Assembly: GCA_022842935.1 (NCBI GenBank)
Contig: JALHOP010000011.1
Location: 90,206 to 154,205, forward strand
From: Myxococcota bacterium
GTDB taxonomy: Bacteria; Myxococcota; XYA12-FULL-58-9; JALHOP01
Length of the DNA stretch: 64,000 nt
Reading direction: 5' to 3'
Part shown: piece after piece, positions 50,560-60,773 of the stretch
How the letters are laid out: each line of letters opens with the position of its first letter
Numbering within the stretch: the first letter of the stretch is position 1
Program-made: the position numbers and the translations under genes
Notes under the pieces: generated by a model
Seen by the model: only the letters and a program-made list of their open reading frames with translations
What the model was told of the DNA's origin: nothing
Database searches by the model: none

Positions 50560-52068
50560 TCATCCGTCATCCCCCGGACGGTACTGATACAGCCACGTCT
50601 CGCTCAACACCTGCGTGCCGCTCTTCAAGAACATGCGGATATCGACAGGGTCATCCCCTGGCTCTCGCAGGTCGAACTGCGCGCGCCAACGCTTCCCGTC
50701 TGCGATGCGCGTGACCTGGAGTCGTTCCACGGTGCCGCGCGGCGTGGTTACCACTGGAATGACGGTAGCGTCCGCCGGGAGCTTGTCGAGCAAGCCGCCC
50801 TCGAGCTCGACTGCGAAGCGTCGCACGCTGGGTGACGGTGGGCTGCCACCCCAGCCAACGCGGGTCGAGCGCACTTCAGCAACCGGTGGGCGCTTGGGTT
50901 GCTGTGCCGTCCAATGCAGCTTGTACGCTAAAGAGAACGACGCGCCCGCCTTCACTGGCGCGGCCGGTACCCAGAATGCCACCGTGTTGTCGTTTACGTC
51001 TTCGGCGGTCGCGAGCTCGAGGAGCATGACCTTGCCCTTACCCATCGGCTTGGTCGGCTCGACCCAGAGGTTCGGGCGATTCTCGTAGCGAAAGATCTCG
51101 TCCAGGTAGTGCTCGGGGTCGCGGTCACGTTGCAACAAGCCGAAGCCACGAACATCGTCGGCGTCGAAGGTGCTGGTGACGGTGAGCTTGGGGTTCTGCA
51201 GCGGCCGGGCGATCTGCTCGCCGCCCGCGGTCTGGACGACCAGCACATCGCTGTCATGCACCTCTGGGTGCCAATCGGTGGCATAGCGACGGTCGCGCTC
51301 CCCGTACCAGTACATCGAGGTGAGAGGCGCAAGTCCCAGGCGACGCACGTCCTTGCGCATGAAGTAGTTGGCCTGCACGTCCATCACCGCGTCACCAGCG
51401 ACGTGAACGTCGAAGCGAATGACGCCAGCGATCGATGGGCTGTCGATATACGCGGTGATGCGCAAGTCGCCGCCGCGCTGTTCGAACCAAACGTCGGTGT
51501 AGCGCGGGTGCTCTTCGTCTTTGTAACCGCTGTCGATGGCGACGGCGCGTGCCGAGATACCGTACTGGTCGAACGGCGTCGCCGCGCGGAAGTACGAAGC
51601 GCCGAGGTACGCAAGCCAATCCGTTTCGGCGTTGTGGGGATTCATGACACGGAAGCCGGCGAAGCCGAGATCGTCCGGCAGTGTTCGCGCGAGTCGACTG
51701 GCGCCGTAGTCGTACATCGCCGGGTCGTAGAGCACCTCGCGCGCTTGTCCGTTCTCGACGACGAACATGCGCACTTTCTCGCGGAAATAGGTGTTGCGGT
51801 GGAAGAACTCGATCTTGGGCGCCTTCGGCACGTCGACCCACAAGGCCTTGTCGTGGTCGAAGTAGATGCGGTTTGCGACCTCACCCGTAATGGTCGTGAG
51901 CAGCGCGGCGTGCGGATCGGCTGTCTTGACGTACGGCTTTTGCGCCGCGACACGCGCCTTCTCGACGAGCGCCGCGTGGTCGAAGGGGTGCTTCGGGCCG
52001 AGGCGCGTCGCGGCGACGGCTGGCGCTGCGACCAGCAAGAGAACGGCAGCAACTACGGGGGACTTCAC
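50560..52068 (-). CDS. opgG: Periplasmic glucan biosynthesis protein, OpgG/OpgD (MdoG) family
   Basis: 502 aa. The signal peptide is MKSPVVAAVLLLVAAPAVAA. It reads FFHRNTYFREKV, GFAGFRV, AYLGASYFRA, YGISARAVAIDSG and HPRYTDVWFE. Confidence 0.85.
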   Translation of the reverse strand: MKSPVVAAVLLLVAAPAVAATRLGPKHPFDHAALVEKARVAAQKPYVKTADPHAALLTTITGEVANRIYFDHDKALWVDVPKAPKIEFFHRNTYFREKVRMFVVENGQAREVLYDPAMYDYGASRLARTLPDDLGFAGFRVMNPHNAETDWLAYLGASYFRAATPFDQYGISARAVAIDSGYKDEEHPRYTDVWFEQRGGDLRITAYIDSPSIAGVIRFDVHVAGDAVMDVQANYFMRKDVRRLGLAPLTSMYWYGERDRRYATDWHPEVHDSDVLVVQTAGGEQIARPLQNPKLTVTSTFDADDVRGFGLLQRDRDPEHYLDEIFRYENRPNLWVEPTKPMGKGKVMLLELATAEDVNDNTVAFWVPAAPVKAGASFSLAYKLHWTAQQPKRPPVAEVRSTRVGWGGSPPSPSVRRFAVELEGGLLDKLPADATVIPVVTTPRGTVERLQVTRIADGKRWRAQFDLREPGDDPVDIRMFLKSGTQVLSETWLYQYRPGDDG

Positions 52069-52114
52069 TCCAGCAGATTGAAAGTCTTCGTCTCCGAATG
52101 CAAAGAGAATCAGG

Positions 52115-53056
52115 ATGCCCCACAGCGATCACTTCGACGGTAAACAATTCTTCAACTTGGCGAGCGACTACGAAGAACGCTCGTTCAAGGACGTGCTGCG
52201 CTGGAAGCTCTCCAGCAAGGCCACGCCGTGGGGGCCGCTGACGCCGGTTGTGCCGTGCGAGCCCGAAGACAGAGTGACGGGCCTGCGCGTCACGATGGTG
52301 AACCACTCGACCATGCTGGTTCAGCACGCGGGCGTGAACATCCTCACCGACCCCATCTGGAGTGAGCGCGCGAGCCCATTGGCGTGGGCGGGGCCCCGCC
52401 GGCACTCGTCACCCGGCGTTGCCATGGCGCGTTTGCCGCCGATTGACCTGGTGCTGGTCAGTCATGACCACTACGACCACTGCGACCTGCCGACCTTGCG
52501 CGCCTTAGAAAAGGCGCACGCACCACTGGTCATCGCTGGGCTCGGGATGCGTGGTGTGCTCGCTGACGCGGGCATTCGTCGCGTCGTCGAGCTCGACTGG
52601 TGGCAAGAGCACCGGATCGCGGGCGTCACCGTGACCTTCACTCCCGCCCAGCACTGGTCGAGTCGCAGCCCATTCGAGAGGAACACGCGGCTCTGGGGGA
52701 GCTTCATCACCCAGTCGCAGTCGCACACCTTCTACTTCGCTGCCGACAGCGGTTACGGCCCGCACTTCAAGCACATCGCCGAGCGTCTTGGCGGCATCGA
52801 TCTGGCGGCGATTCCCATTGGGGCCTACGAGCCGCGCTGGTTCATGCGGCCCCAACACATGAACCCGCACGATGCAGCCATGGCGCATCGCGACCTTTCC
52901 TCGCGACGCAGCGTCGGCATCCACTGGGGATGTTTTCAGCTCACCGACGAGGGTGTCCACAAGCCGCTCGAGGAGCTCGCCGCCGCGAGGGACGCGCTCG
53001 GCATCGGTGCTGACGCCTTCGTCGCGCTTGGCAACGGCCAGGTGGCGACACCGTAA
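52115..53056 (+). CDS. MBL-fold metallo-hydrolase (NAPE-PLD-like)
   Basis: 313 aa. It reads HSDHFDGKQFFN, then LVLVSHDHYDHCD and HWGCFQLTDE. Confidence 0.8.
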   Translation: MPHSDHFDGKQFFNLASDYEERSFKDVLRWKLSSKATPWGPLTPVVPCEPEDRVTGLRVTMVNHSTMLVQHAGVNILTDPIWSERASPLAWAGPRRHSSPGVAMARLPPIDLVLVSHDHYDHCDLPTLRALEKAHAPLVIAGLGMRGVLADAGIRRVVELDWWQEHRIAGVTVTFTPAQHWSSRSPFERNTRLWGSFITQSQSHTFYFAADSGYGPHFKHIAERLGGIDLAAIPIGAYEPRWFMRPQHMNPHDAAMAHRDLSSRRSVGIHWGCFQLTDEGVHKPLEELAAARDALGIGADAFVALGNGQVATP

Positions 53057-53152
53057 GGCAAGGAGAGTGCGCGGCGGTACCTCGGTCAAAGCCCGCCGCG
53101 CACCCGCCCGTCCGAAGCGACGGGCAACCCGTGAACTGTCCCCCCTTGGCGG

Positions 53153-53881
53153 CTACTCGACGCGATTCGGCGCGCAGGTTCCGCGGCACACAGCGGTGCA
53201 TGCGACATCCGGGGGTGCGTCGCACGGCAAACACTCGCCATCTTCGACGGTGCAGTGCCAATACATCGGGCAGTCGTTGGTCGCCGTGCAGGTTTGCGGG
53301 ATGCATGTGCCGCAGCAGTCGCCTGGTACGACGACGCGCTCGGTGCCGGGCGGGCACGCCATCATCGCCGCGCAGAGCACGTTGTCACAGCTCACCGGAG
53401 GGCAGGTGTAGCCGCAGCAGTCGTTCGGATCGCGACGAGGCTCCTGTCCGCCGGGGCAGACAGGATAGATGGCGGGGCAAGCGATCTCTTTGCATTCGTC
53501 TTCGTCGGGAGGGTTGCAGCTCGAGTAGATGACATCGCCATTGATGTAAGCGCAGACCACGCAGTCAGGCTCGGGCAGAGTGATGATCTGGCACGCAACC
53601 GACGTGTCGCCGCAGCGCTCGACCGGGTCGCGGTCATCGTTTTCGCAGCGTTCGCAGGTCTTACCGGTCGCGGTGTCGATGGTGATGACGAGCTTGTTGC
53701 ATCGACCCGGGTTGGGGAGGCTCTCGCAGTAACCGTTCTTGTCGCAGTAGGCGAGGTCACCGTTCTCGTCTTCCGCCGTAAGCGTCAGGGTCTCGAGACC
53801 GCCGCCGTCGTCGGTAGGGGGATCGTCCCCACAAGCGATGAGACAACAATAAAGCAGCGCGGTCGCAACACGATGTTTCAT
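53153..53881 (-). CDS. Cys-rich lipoprotein with PGxCCxxC (VWC-like) motifs
   Basis: 242 aa. The lipobox is ALLYCCLIAC. It has about 40 Cys. It reads DPNDCCGYTCPPVSC and VVPGDCCGTCIPQTC. Confidence 0.65.
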   Translation of the reverse strand: MKHRVATALLYCCLIACGDDPPTDDGGGLETLTLTAEDENGDLAYCDKNGYCESLPNPGRCNKLVITIDTATGKTCERCENDDRDPVERCGDTSVACQIITLPEPDCVVCAYINGDVIYSSCNPPDEDECKEIACPAIYPVCPGGQEPRRDPNDCCGYTCPPVSCDNVLCAAMMACPPGTERVVVPGDCCGTCIPQTCTATNDCPMYWHCTVEDGECLPCDAPPDVACTAVCRGTCAPNRVE

Positions 53882-53918
53882 GATATTCCTCCCGACCCGG
53901 GATTAGGGTGCAATAGCC

Positions 53919-54413
53919 ATGCACAGCGTAGGCCAAACACACACATCGCCTTTTCAGGGACTTAAGGCGCATCGCGTCGCCGCCTGGAAGCGTGTTGTCA
54001 ACGTCTGTTTACGCGCCGGCGTGTCGCTGTCGGCGCTCTGGCTACTTGCGTGTGGCGAGCCGGAGAACACTGCGCCCAGTGCGCGTGCGACCTGCGGCGC
54101 TGGAACCAACTGCCTCGTTCTCCCAAACGGCGACGCGACCCTCGACGCGCGTGGGAGCAGCGACAATGACGGCGACCTGCTCGCCTTTCGCTGGTACGCG
54201 GTGGACGACCCGAGTGCCTGCACGCGACCGACCGACTGTCCGTGCGGCTGGACCACTCAACCGTTCGAGGGCTTCATTCGTGACACGGGCTCGGCGACGA
54301 CGACATTTCGTGCACCGGCTACCGTTGGGGCGCAGCTCGTCTTTCAGGTCGACGTGAGCGACGTCGAGCTCACCGACACCGCCTGCTCCATCTATTTCGT
54401 CGAGGACTTCTAG
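53919..54413 (+). CDS. Lipoprotein with a PKD/Ig-like domain
   Basis: 164 aa. The lipobox is LSALWLLAC. It reads ATLDARGSSDNDGDLLAFRWY...TTTFRAPATVGAQLVFQVDVSD, a PKD-like pattern. The start is uncertain. Confidence 0.5.
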   Translation: MHSVGQTHTSPFQGLKAHRVAAWKRVVNVCLRAGVSLSALWLLACGEPENTAPSARATCGAGTNCLVLPNGDATLDARGSSDNDGDLLAFRWYAVDDPSACTRPTDCPCGWTTQPFEGFIRDTGSATTTFRAPATVGAQLVFQVDVSDVELTDTACSIYFVEDF

Positions 54414-54458
54414 TCGCAGCTTGCCTTACGGAGCGACACGACTATTGTCCCCGCCGCC

Positions 54459-57400
54459 GTGTCGGTCGCAGCGCGTCTACAAGTCGGAGCCCGTATCGCG
54501 CTCGAGGACCTTCCTCCCGCGGGGCTCGCGTACGAGCTTGCACGCGACCCCCCGACGACCCCGCTGCTCATCGTCTGCCCCGACGACGAGCGGGCCGAAC
54601 GCCTCACCCTCGACCTGCGCGCCTTCGGCCGCAAGAGCGTCGTGCAGTTCCCGGGCGAGTCGCATACGCCGTTCGAAGACATTTCACCCGACCCCGCCGC
54701 GACTTTTTTGCGCATGGCGGTTCGCCAGCGCCTGTTGTCGGGTGAGCGCCCTGAAATCATCGTCGCGTCTGCTTCAGCGGTGCAGGGCCGATGGATGCCC
54801 GAGCAGGCCTTTCGCGCGGCTTCGCAGACGGTCACGGTCGACGAGATGCTCGATCGTGATGCGCTCGCTCGTCGCTTCGTTGCCTGTGGCTACCAGCGCG
54901 TCAACATGGTGGAAGACGAGGGGACCTTCGCGGTGCGCGGCGGCATCGTCGACATCTTTCCTCCGGGTGAAGCGCGCCCCGTGCGTCTCGATTTCTTGGG
55001 CGACGAGATTACCTCCATCAAGTGCTTCGACCCCGAGTCGCAGCGCACCTTCGAGTCGAGAAAAGAGCTCACGGTCCACCCCATTCGCGAGGTGGTGTAC
55101 GACGACGCGACCGTCGAACATGCGACGACGCGGCTCAAGGCTTTGGGCGACCAGCACCAGCTTCCGACCCGTCGCGTGCGCGCGACCATCGACGACATCA
55201 ATCAGCGCACGTATTTCTACGGCATCGAGTCGCTCTGGCCCGCGTTTTATCCAACCAACGAGCGCTGCTACGACGCGTTGAAAGCAGGGGCGGTCGTCAT
55301 CCTCGATGGACCACAAGCCATCGAAGAGACGCTCGGTGCTCGCTCCGAGCACGCTATCCGTGATCGCGATCGCGCGCTCGAGCGGCACCGCTTTGCCCTC
55401 GGTCTCGACGAGCACCTGGTGGCCGCAGACGTCATCGCCGCCGAGCTTCTCGCGGACGTCCGTGTGATGTCGGTGCGCCTCGCTCTCGACGACGGCTTCG
55501 AGCGCCACGAGGCCGGTCTACGTAGCTGGGACGCCCTCGCTCGCGAGATCGGCGCTCGCCGCGAAGACGCGAGCCGCGGCGAGATCCTCGACCCGTTGGT
55601 CGCCGAGCTCAACAAGCTCACGAATGATCGCTATAGCGTCTTTGTCGTCGCACAGAGCCGAGGTCACGCAGAGCGTCTGCGTGAGCTCTTGCGCGCGCGC
55701 AAGGTCGACCTCCCGCTCCTCGAGGCACTGCCGGCCGCCAAAGACTTCGGGGGGCGTCTCAAGACCAGGGTAGCTGTCTGTGTCGCCCCGCTCGGCACCG
55801 GTCTCTGTGACAGCGAGCGCAAGGTGGCGATCCTCGCGGACACCGAGCTGCTAGGCGCCGAGCCGACCCGACTGCGCAAGAAACGCCGCAAGGCGCCACA
55901 GGGTCTTACGACGCTGCGCGATCTCGCTGACGGCGATCTTGTCGTGCACGTCGACCATGGCATCGGCAAATACCTTGGTCTCTCGCGTCTCATCTTGAAC
56001 GGCGTCGATGGCGACTACGTGCAGCTCGAATACGAGGGCGGCGACAAACTCTACGTCCCCACCTACCGCCTGAGCGTCCTGCAGCGCTTCCGCGGTGAGA
56101 AGGGCAGTAAGCTCGACAAGCTTGGCGGCTCGCGCTGGGCGAAGGCCAAGCAGCGGGTCCGCGAGGCCGTCCTCGCCATGGCGCACGACCTGCTCGCCTT
56201 GCAAGCCAAGCGCGCCTCCGAGCCGGGTTTGAAGTTGCCGACACCCGACGACCACTACCGCGCCTTCGAGGCGACCTTCCCGTACGAAGAAACCGCCGAC
56301 CAACAGAAGGCGATCGACGACGTGCTGGCCGACCTCACGCGCGGCCGCCCCATGGACCGTCTCATCTGCGGCGATGTCGGATACGGCAAGACCGAGGTTG
56401 CGCTACGCGGCACCGCGCATACGATTTTCTCTGGCTATCAGGTTGCGGTGCTGGTGCCGACGACCGTCCTCGCCGAGCAACACGGCGAGCGCTTCAAGGA
56501 ACGATTCGCGGGCCACCCCGTCACTGTCGAAGTCTTGAGCCGCTTTCGCGGACCACGCGAGAGTCGCGAGCTGCTCGAGCGCGTGCGCGAAGGTCGCGTC
56601 GACATCGTGATCGGCACACACCGTCTGCTCTCCGACGACGTGCAGTTCAAGAAGCTCGGACTTCTCGTCGTCGACGAAGAGCAACGCTTCGGCGTCAAGC
56701 ACAAGGAGCGCATCAAGCAGCTCCGCTCGCAGGTCCACGTGCTCACGCTCTCGGCAACGCCCATCCCACGCACCATGCACATGGCGATGGTCGGGCTTCG
56801 TGATCTCTCGCTCATCGCCACCCCACCCGCGGCGCGCGTTGCCATCCGCACTGAGGTGGCGCGCTTCGACGAAGAGCTGATCGCCGAAGCCATCCGCAGG
56901 GAGCTTGCCCGCGGCGGCCAAACCTTCATCGTCCACAACCGCGTGCAGTCGATCGGCAAGATGGCCGACATCGTGCGCACACTCGTGCCAGAAGCGCGCG
57001 TCGTCGTGGCGCACGGGCAGATGGCGGCCGATGAGCTCGAGAAGATCATGGTCGACTTCGTCCACCGCGAGTCGAACGTGCTGGTTTGCACGGCCATCAT
57101 CGAAAGCGGCATCGACATCCCCAGCGCCAACACCATGATCGTCAATCGCGCGGACACGTTCGGCCTCGCGCAGCTCTACCAGTTGCGTGGTCGCATCGGT
57201 CGCTCGCGCGAGCGCGCCTTCGCCTACCTGCTGTTACCGCCGGGCGACAATCTCACCAAAGACGCGGTCGAGCGTCTCGCGGTGCTCAAGCGCTTCAGCG
57301 AGCTCGGGAGTGGCTTTCAGATTGCTTCCCACGACCTCGACCTACGCGGCGCGGGAGACCTACTCGGCGCCGAACAGAGCGGCAACATCGCGGCGGTTGG

Positions 57401-57932
57401 CTTCGAGCTCTACACCGAGCTACTCGCCGAGGCCGTCGAGCGCGTGAAGGGACAGCGCGCGCGGGTCGACGTCGAGCCCGACATCAAGGTGCCAGTCACG
57501 GCGGTGCTCCCAGAATCGTACCTGCCCGACCCGATGCTCCGCCTCGATCTCTATCAGCGCATGGCGAACGCGCCGACCGACGAGGCTGTCTTCGATGTCT
57601 ACACAGAGATCGGCGAGCGCTTCGGCGACCCGCCAGAAGAGGTGGCACAGCTCGCCGAGGTCATGGTGATCCGCCGTCGTCTCAAAGCGCTGGGGTGCAG
57701 TGCGCTGTCTGCGGTGGCGGACGCAGGTGTCGCCAAGATGGGTTTGTCGTTTGTACCAGAGGCCCCACTCGACCGCGACGATCTCGCAAAGAGGCTACAG
57801 CGCGAGCCGCAACGCTATAGGCTGCTGCCGAGCGGCCGTCTGCAGGTCACGGTCGACATGCCGCCAGGCTCGACCGACGCCGACCTACTGCGCGTCATTC
57901 GTCACGAGGCGGGTCTGCTCAAACACACGTGA
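54459..57932 (+). CDS. mfd: Transcription-repair coupling factor
   Basis: 1157 aa. It reads DLVVHVDHGIGKYLGL, FPYEETADQQKAI, GDVGYGKTEVALR and DEEQRFGV. It has a helicase C domain and a TRCF C-terminal domain. Confidence 0.95.
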   Translation: MSVAARLQVGARIALEDLPPAGLAYELARDPPTTPLLIVCPDDERAERLTLDLRAFGRKSVVQFPGESHTPFEDISPDPAATFLRMAVRQRLLSGERPEIIVASASAVQGRWMPEQAFRAASQTVTVDEMLDRDALARRFVACGYQRVNMVEDEGTFAVRGGIVDIFPPGEARPVRLDFLGDEITSIKCFDPESQRTFESRKELTVHPIREVVYDDATVEHATTRLKALGDQHQLPTRRVRATIDDINQRTYFYGIESLWPAFYPTNERCYDALKAGAVVILDGPQAIEETLGARSEHAIRDRDRALERHRFALGLDEHLVAADVIAAELLADVRVMSVRLALDDGFERHEAGLRSWDALAREIGARREDASRGEILDPLVAELNKLTNDRYSVFVVAQSRGHAERLRELLRARKVDLPLLEALPAAKDFGGRLKTRVAVCVAPLGTGLCDSERKVAILADTELLGAEPTRLRKKRRKAPQGLTTLRDLADGDLVVHVDHGIGKYLGLSRLILNGVDGDYVQLEYEGGDKLYVPTYRLSVLQRFRGEKGSKLDKLGGSRWAKAKQRVREAVLAMAHDLLALQAKRASEPGLKLPTPDDHYRAFEATFPYEETADQQKAIDDVLADLTRGRPMDRLICGDVGYGKTEVALRGTAHTIFSGYQVAVLVPTTVLAEQHGERFKERFAGHPVTVEVLSRFRGPRESRELLERVREGRVDIVIGTHRLLSDDVQFKKLGLLVVDEEQRFGVKHKERIKQLRSQVHVLTLSATPIPRTMHMAMVGLRDLSLIATPPAARVAIRTEVARFDEELIAEAIRRELARGGQTFIVHNRVQSIGKMADIVRTLVPEARVVVAHGQMAADELEKIMVDFVHRESNVLVCTAIIESGIDIPSANTMIVNRADTFGLAQLYQLRGRIGRSRERAFAYLLLPPGDNLTKDAVERLAVLKRFSELGSGFQIASHDLDLRGAGDLLGAEQSGNIAAVGFELYTELLAEAVERVKGQRARVDVEPDIKVPVTAVLPESYLPDPMLRLDLYQRMANAPTDEAVFDVYTEIGERFGDPPEEVAQLAEVMVIRRRLKALGCSALSAVADAGVAKMGLSFVPEAPLDRDDLAKRLQREPQRYRLLPSGRLQVTVDMPPGSTDADLLRVIRHEAGLLKHT

Positions 57933-58077
57933 ACGCTTTACGCGGACCCACGAGAGAATCGTGCTTCGCGACGACAGCAAACGAGCCGTTCACCCAAAGC
58001 GGGGCGTCGCCGCGTAAGAGCTGGTCCAGATATCCGCTTTCGGAGTATCGCTGTCGCTCGGGGGCAAGGGAGGCCGT

Positions 58078-60156
58078 TTGACGCGCCGTATGCGGTGGTG
58101 GGTCGTCTTGGCGTGTGTGACCCCGTACGCGGCCGCGCAGGCGCAGTCCGAGCGTCCGCCGGACGTCGAAGACTTCTCGATGACGGACCTGCTGTCGGTG
58201 CCGGTGAGCACCGCGACCAAGACCGTGCGTGCTGCCGACGAAACGGCCGTGCTCGTCGACGTCATTAGCCACGCTCAGATCCGCGAGCGCGGCTACCGCC
58301 ATCTTGGCGATGTCCTCAATGACCTGCCCTTCAATCACGAAGACCGCGCGAACTGGGGCATCGGTGAGCCGGTCACCCAGAACGTAGGCTTTGGGTTTCG
58401 CTTCGACACGGGCCAAAACATCCTGCTTCTGTTCAACGGGCAGCGACTCAACGCCTTTTTGCCTGGCAACCGCTTCGGCGGCGAGGAGTACCTGCTCGAC
58501 ACGATTGAGCGCATCGAGATTATCCGTGGCCCGGGCTCGGCTCTCTATGGCGCCAACGCGTTCACCGCCGTCATCAACCTCATCTCCCGATCGAGCGGCC
58601 GCCCGGCCCAAGCGCGCCTCGCGGTTGGCGGCATCGCCACATCGGGTGGTGCAAGCCTCGAAGGCTCGCTCGACACTGCGCTTGGGGGGACTGCCTATCT
58701 GACCACCGCGTTTCGTCTTGCGACCGAGCACGGCCAAAAGATTAACGTCGACAACCAGGTCTTTGGCGCGACCGAGCTGCGCGACCGCGTCTTTCATACC
58801 TACGATGCGGAAGCAAAGCTCTCCGCGGGAAACCTCAACGCTTACTTCAAGGCCAGCGACCAGGAGAGGCGCACTTTCACCGGCTTCAACAGCATCAGCG
58901 CGAGCGACAATCGCCTGCGCCTTTCGATGTACGCATACTCCGCGGGAGCGGACTACTCGATCCCCTTGGGCAGCAGCCTCAGCCTCCTCGCGCGTGCGGG
59001 CTGGCACCAAGATAACTGGACCGAAGTCGCGCGTATTCCGCTCGCGGGCACTGGCGTGCCAAACCGGATCATCGACGGCCAGGGAGCAGACACCGCGTCG
59101 TACGACGCCGAGCTTCAACTTACGTGGACCTACTTCGAAGAAAACAAGGCCGTGCTTGGTTTGAACGCGCTGCACGATCGCATCTTGGGCGCTCGTCGAC
59201 CGAGTGAATTGTCGATCGAGCCGTTCGAGGTCGTCCCGTTCCGTATCTTCGACGACAACGCCAACAACTGGTTGTTCGATACGAACGCCACGCGCACATC
59301 GATCGGGACCTTCGGTCAGATTGACTACGCGCTAGCGAATACTCTCTTTCTGTCCGCAGGCGCTCGCTTCGATCACTATGCGGGCACTGGTTTGCTCGAC
59401 CAAACCTACAATGAGCTCAACCCCCGCGCCGGTGCCGTGCTCAAAGACGACCGCGTCGGGTCGGTCAAGCTATCGTACGGTCGTGCCACGCGTGTCCCCA
59501 ATGGCTTCGAAACGTTGTCGTCAGTTACGATTCTTGGCGCCCCATCGAATCGGCCCGAGCGCGTTCACAACGTCCAGCTCGCGTGGCAGCGTTCCTGGTT
59601 CGGCATGCTCAATACTGAGCTCGGTGCATTCTACGCCACGATTTCGAATCGTCTGCAGACTGACGCCAACGTTAGCGACGAGCTTCGCACCCGCGGGTTC
59701 GTCGGCCGGTTCGTCAACCTAGGTGGCCGCCAGTTCAGCTCGGGAGCGAACGTGAGCTTCACGCTTCGAGCTGGCTTGGTCGAGGTGCATGGCAATGCGA
59801 CCCGTTACCTCGTAACCGACGACGGAACAGGTACGGCGCTGACGTACATCCCGCGCACGATGGCAAACGTGATCGTCTCCGCTCCGCTCTGGTGGCTGCG
59901 ATTCAACGTCACGGCCAACTATCGAGGTGACTTCAACAAACCCGATTCGGATCCGCGACCGGCGGTAAACGACTACGTACTGCTTGGCGCGCTCGTGCGT
60001 TTGTTGCCGCCGCAGATTCCGTTGGAGCTTCGCGTGGGCGTGCGCAACGCGGCGGGGCGTCCGACCTACCCGTCATCTTCTCTCGACTTCCCGCGCAACT
60101 TTCCGGGGCGGGGCGTCGACCTGTGGGGTGACATCGCGTTCACCTCGAGGTTCTGA
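58078..60156 (+). CDS. TonB-dependent outer-membrane receptor
   Basis: 692 aa. The signal is MRWWVVLACVTPYAAAQA; the ATG at 58090 is an alternative start. The plug region reads VISHAQIRERGYRHLGDVLNDLP...IEIIRGPGSALYGANAF. The C-terminus is ...IAFTSRF. Confidence 0.85.
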   Translation: MTRRMRWWVVLACVTPYAAAQAQSERPPDVEDFSMTDLLSVPVSTATKTVRAADETAVLVDVISHAQIRERGYRHLGDVLNDLPFNHEDRANWGIGEPVTQNVGFGFRFDTGQNILLLFNGQRLNAFLPGNRFGGEEYLLDTIERIEIIRGPGSALYGANAFTAVINLISRSSGRPAQARLAVGGIATSGGASLEGSLDTALGGTAYLTTAFRLATEHGQKINVDNQVFGATELRDRVFHTYDAEAKLSAGNLNAYFKASDQERRTFTGFNSISASDNRLRLSMYAYSAGADYSIPLGSSLSLLARAGWHQDNWTEVARIPLAGTGVPNRIIDGQGADTASYDAELQLTWTYFEENKAVLGLNALHDRILGARRPSELSIEPFEVVPFRIFDDNANNWLFDTNATRTSIGTFGQIDYALANTLFLSAGARFDHYAGTGLLDQTYNELNPRAGAVLKDDRVGSVKLSYGRATRVPNGFETLSSVTILGAPSNRPERVHNVQLAWQRSWFGMLNTELGAFYATISNRLQTDANVSDELRTRGFVGRFVNLGGRQFSSGANVSFTLRAGLVEVHGNATRYLVTDDGTGTALTYIPRTMANVIVSAPLWWLRFNVTANYRGDFNKPDSDPRPAVNDYVLLGALVRLLPPQIPLELRVGVRNAAGRPTYPSSSLDFPRNFPGRGVDLWGDIAFTSRF

Positions 60157-60164
60157 GTCCGCAA

Positions 60165-60749
60165 ATGCGCATGACCCTACTCATTGGCCTTGCGTGCTGT
60201 GCGATCGGCGGCAACGCGCATCACGCGACTGCCCAGTCGATCCCGGTCCCCGGTGCGCGGCAGGCGTCAATATTGACGCGCGCTCTCGCGTACAGCCGAA
60301 CGATCAAGGAGCGGGCTGGCGACGCCGTCGTCGTCGGGGTGATCTACCTCAGTGGACATTCCGGCTCTGAAGCGATGGCCAATGACGTTTACCTAGGCTT
60401 CAAGACACTCGAGTCGTTCGCTGTGCGGGGACTTCCTTTTCGTGTCACGCGCATCGCGTACACGCGTGACGACGAGCTGCGCAGGACGATACGCGAGGCG
60501 GGGGTCGATGCGCTGTTTGTGTGCGCAGGGCTCGATGACGCGATCGCCTCTATCGCGTCGATTGCGCGCGAGACGAAAGTGATTTCGTTCGGCGGCGTCG
60601 AGGACTATGTGACGCAAGGCCTGTCTCTCGGCGTTTTCGTCGTCGCCACGAAGCCAACGATCTACTTCAACAAGACGGCAAGCCTCCAAGAGGAAGCTGA
60701 TTTCGCCATCGAGTTCGTCCAGCTGACGACACCAGTCGACGGCCGTTGA
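60165..60749 (+). CDS. YfiR-like (DUF4154) periplasmic protein
   Basis: 194 aa. It has a signal peptide, and its overall pattern (ILTRALAYSRTIKERAGDAVVVGVIY...VDALFVCAG...GLSLGVFVV..KPTIYFNKTA) is typical of DUF4154. It lies immediately downstream of the TonB-dependent receptor. Confidence 0.6.
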   Translation: MRMTLLIGLACCAIGGNAHHATAQSIPVPGARQASILTRALAYSRTIKERAGDAVVVGVIYLSGHSGSEAMANDVYLGFKTLESFAVRGLPFRVTRIAYTRDDELRRTIREAGVDALFVCAGLDDAIASIASIARETKVISFGGVEDYVTQGLSLGVFVVATKPTIYFNKTASLQEEADFAIEFVQLTTPVDGR

Positions 60750-60773
60750 TCCGCGCGGGCGTTGCGTCGGCTC

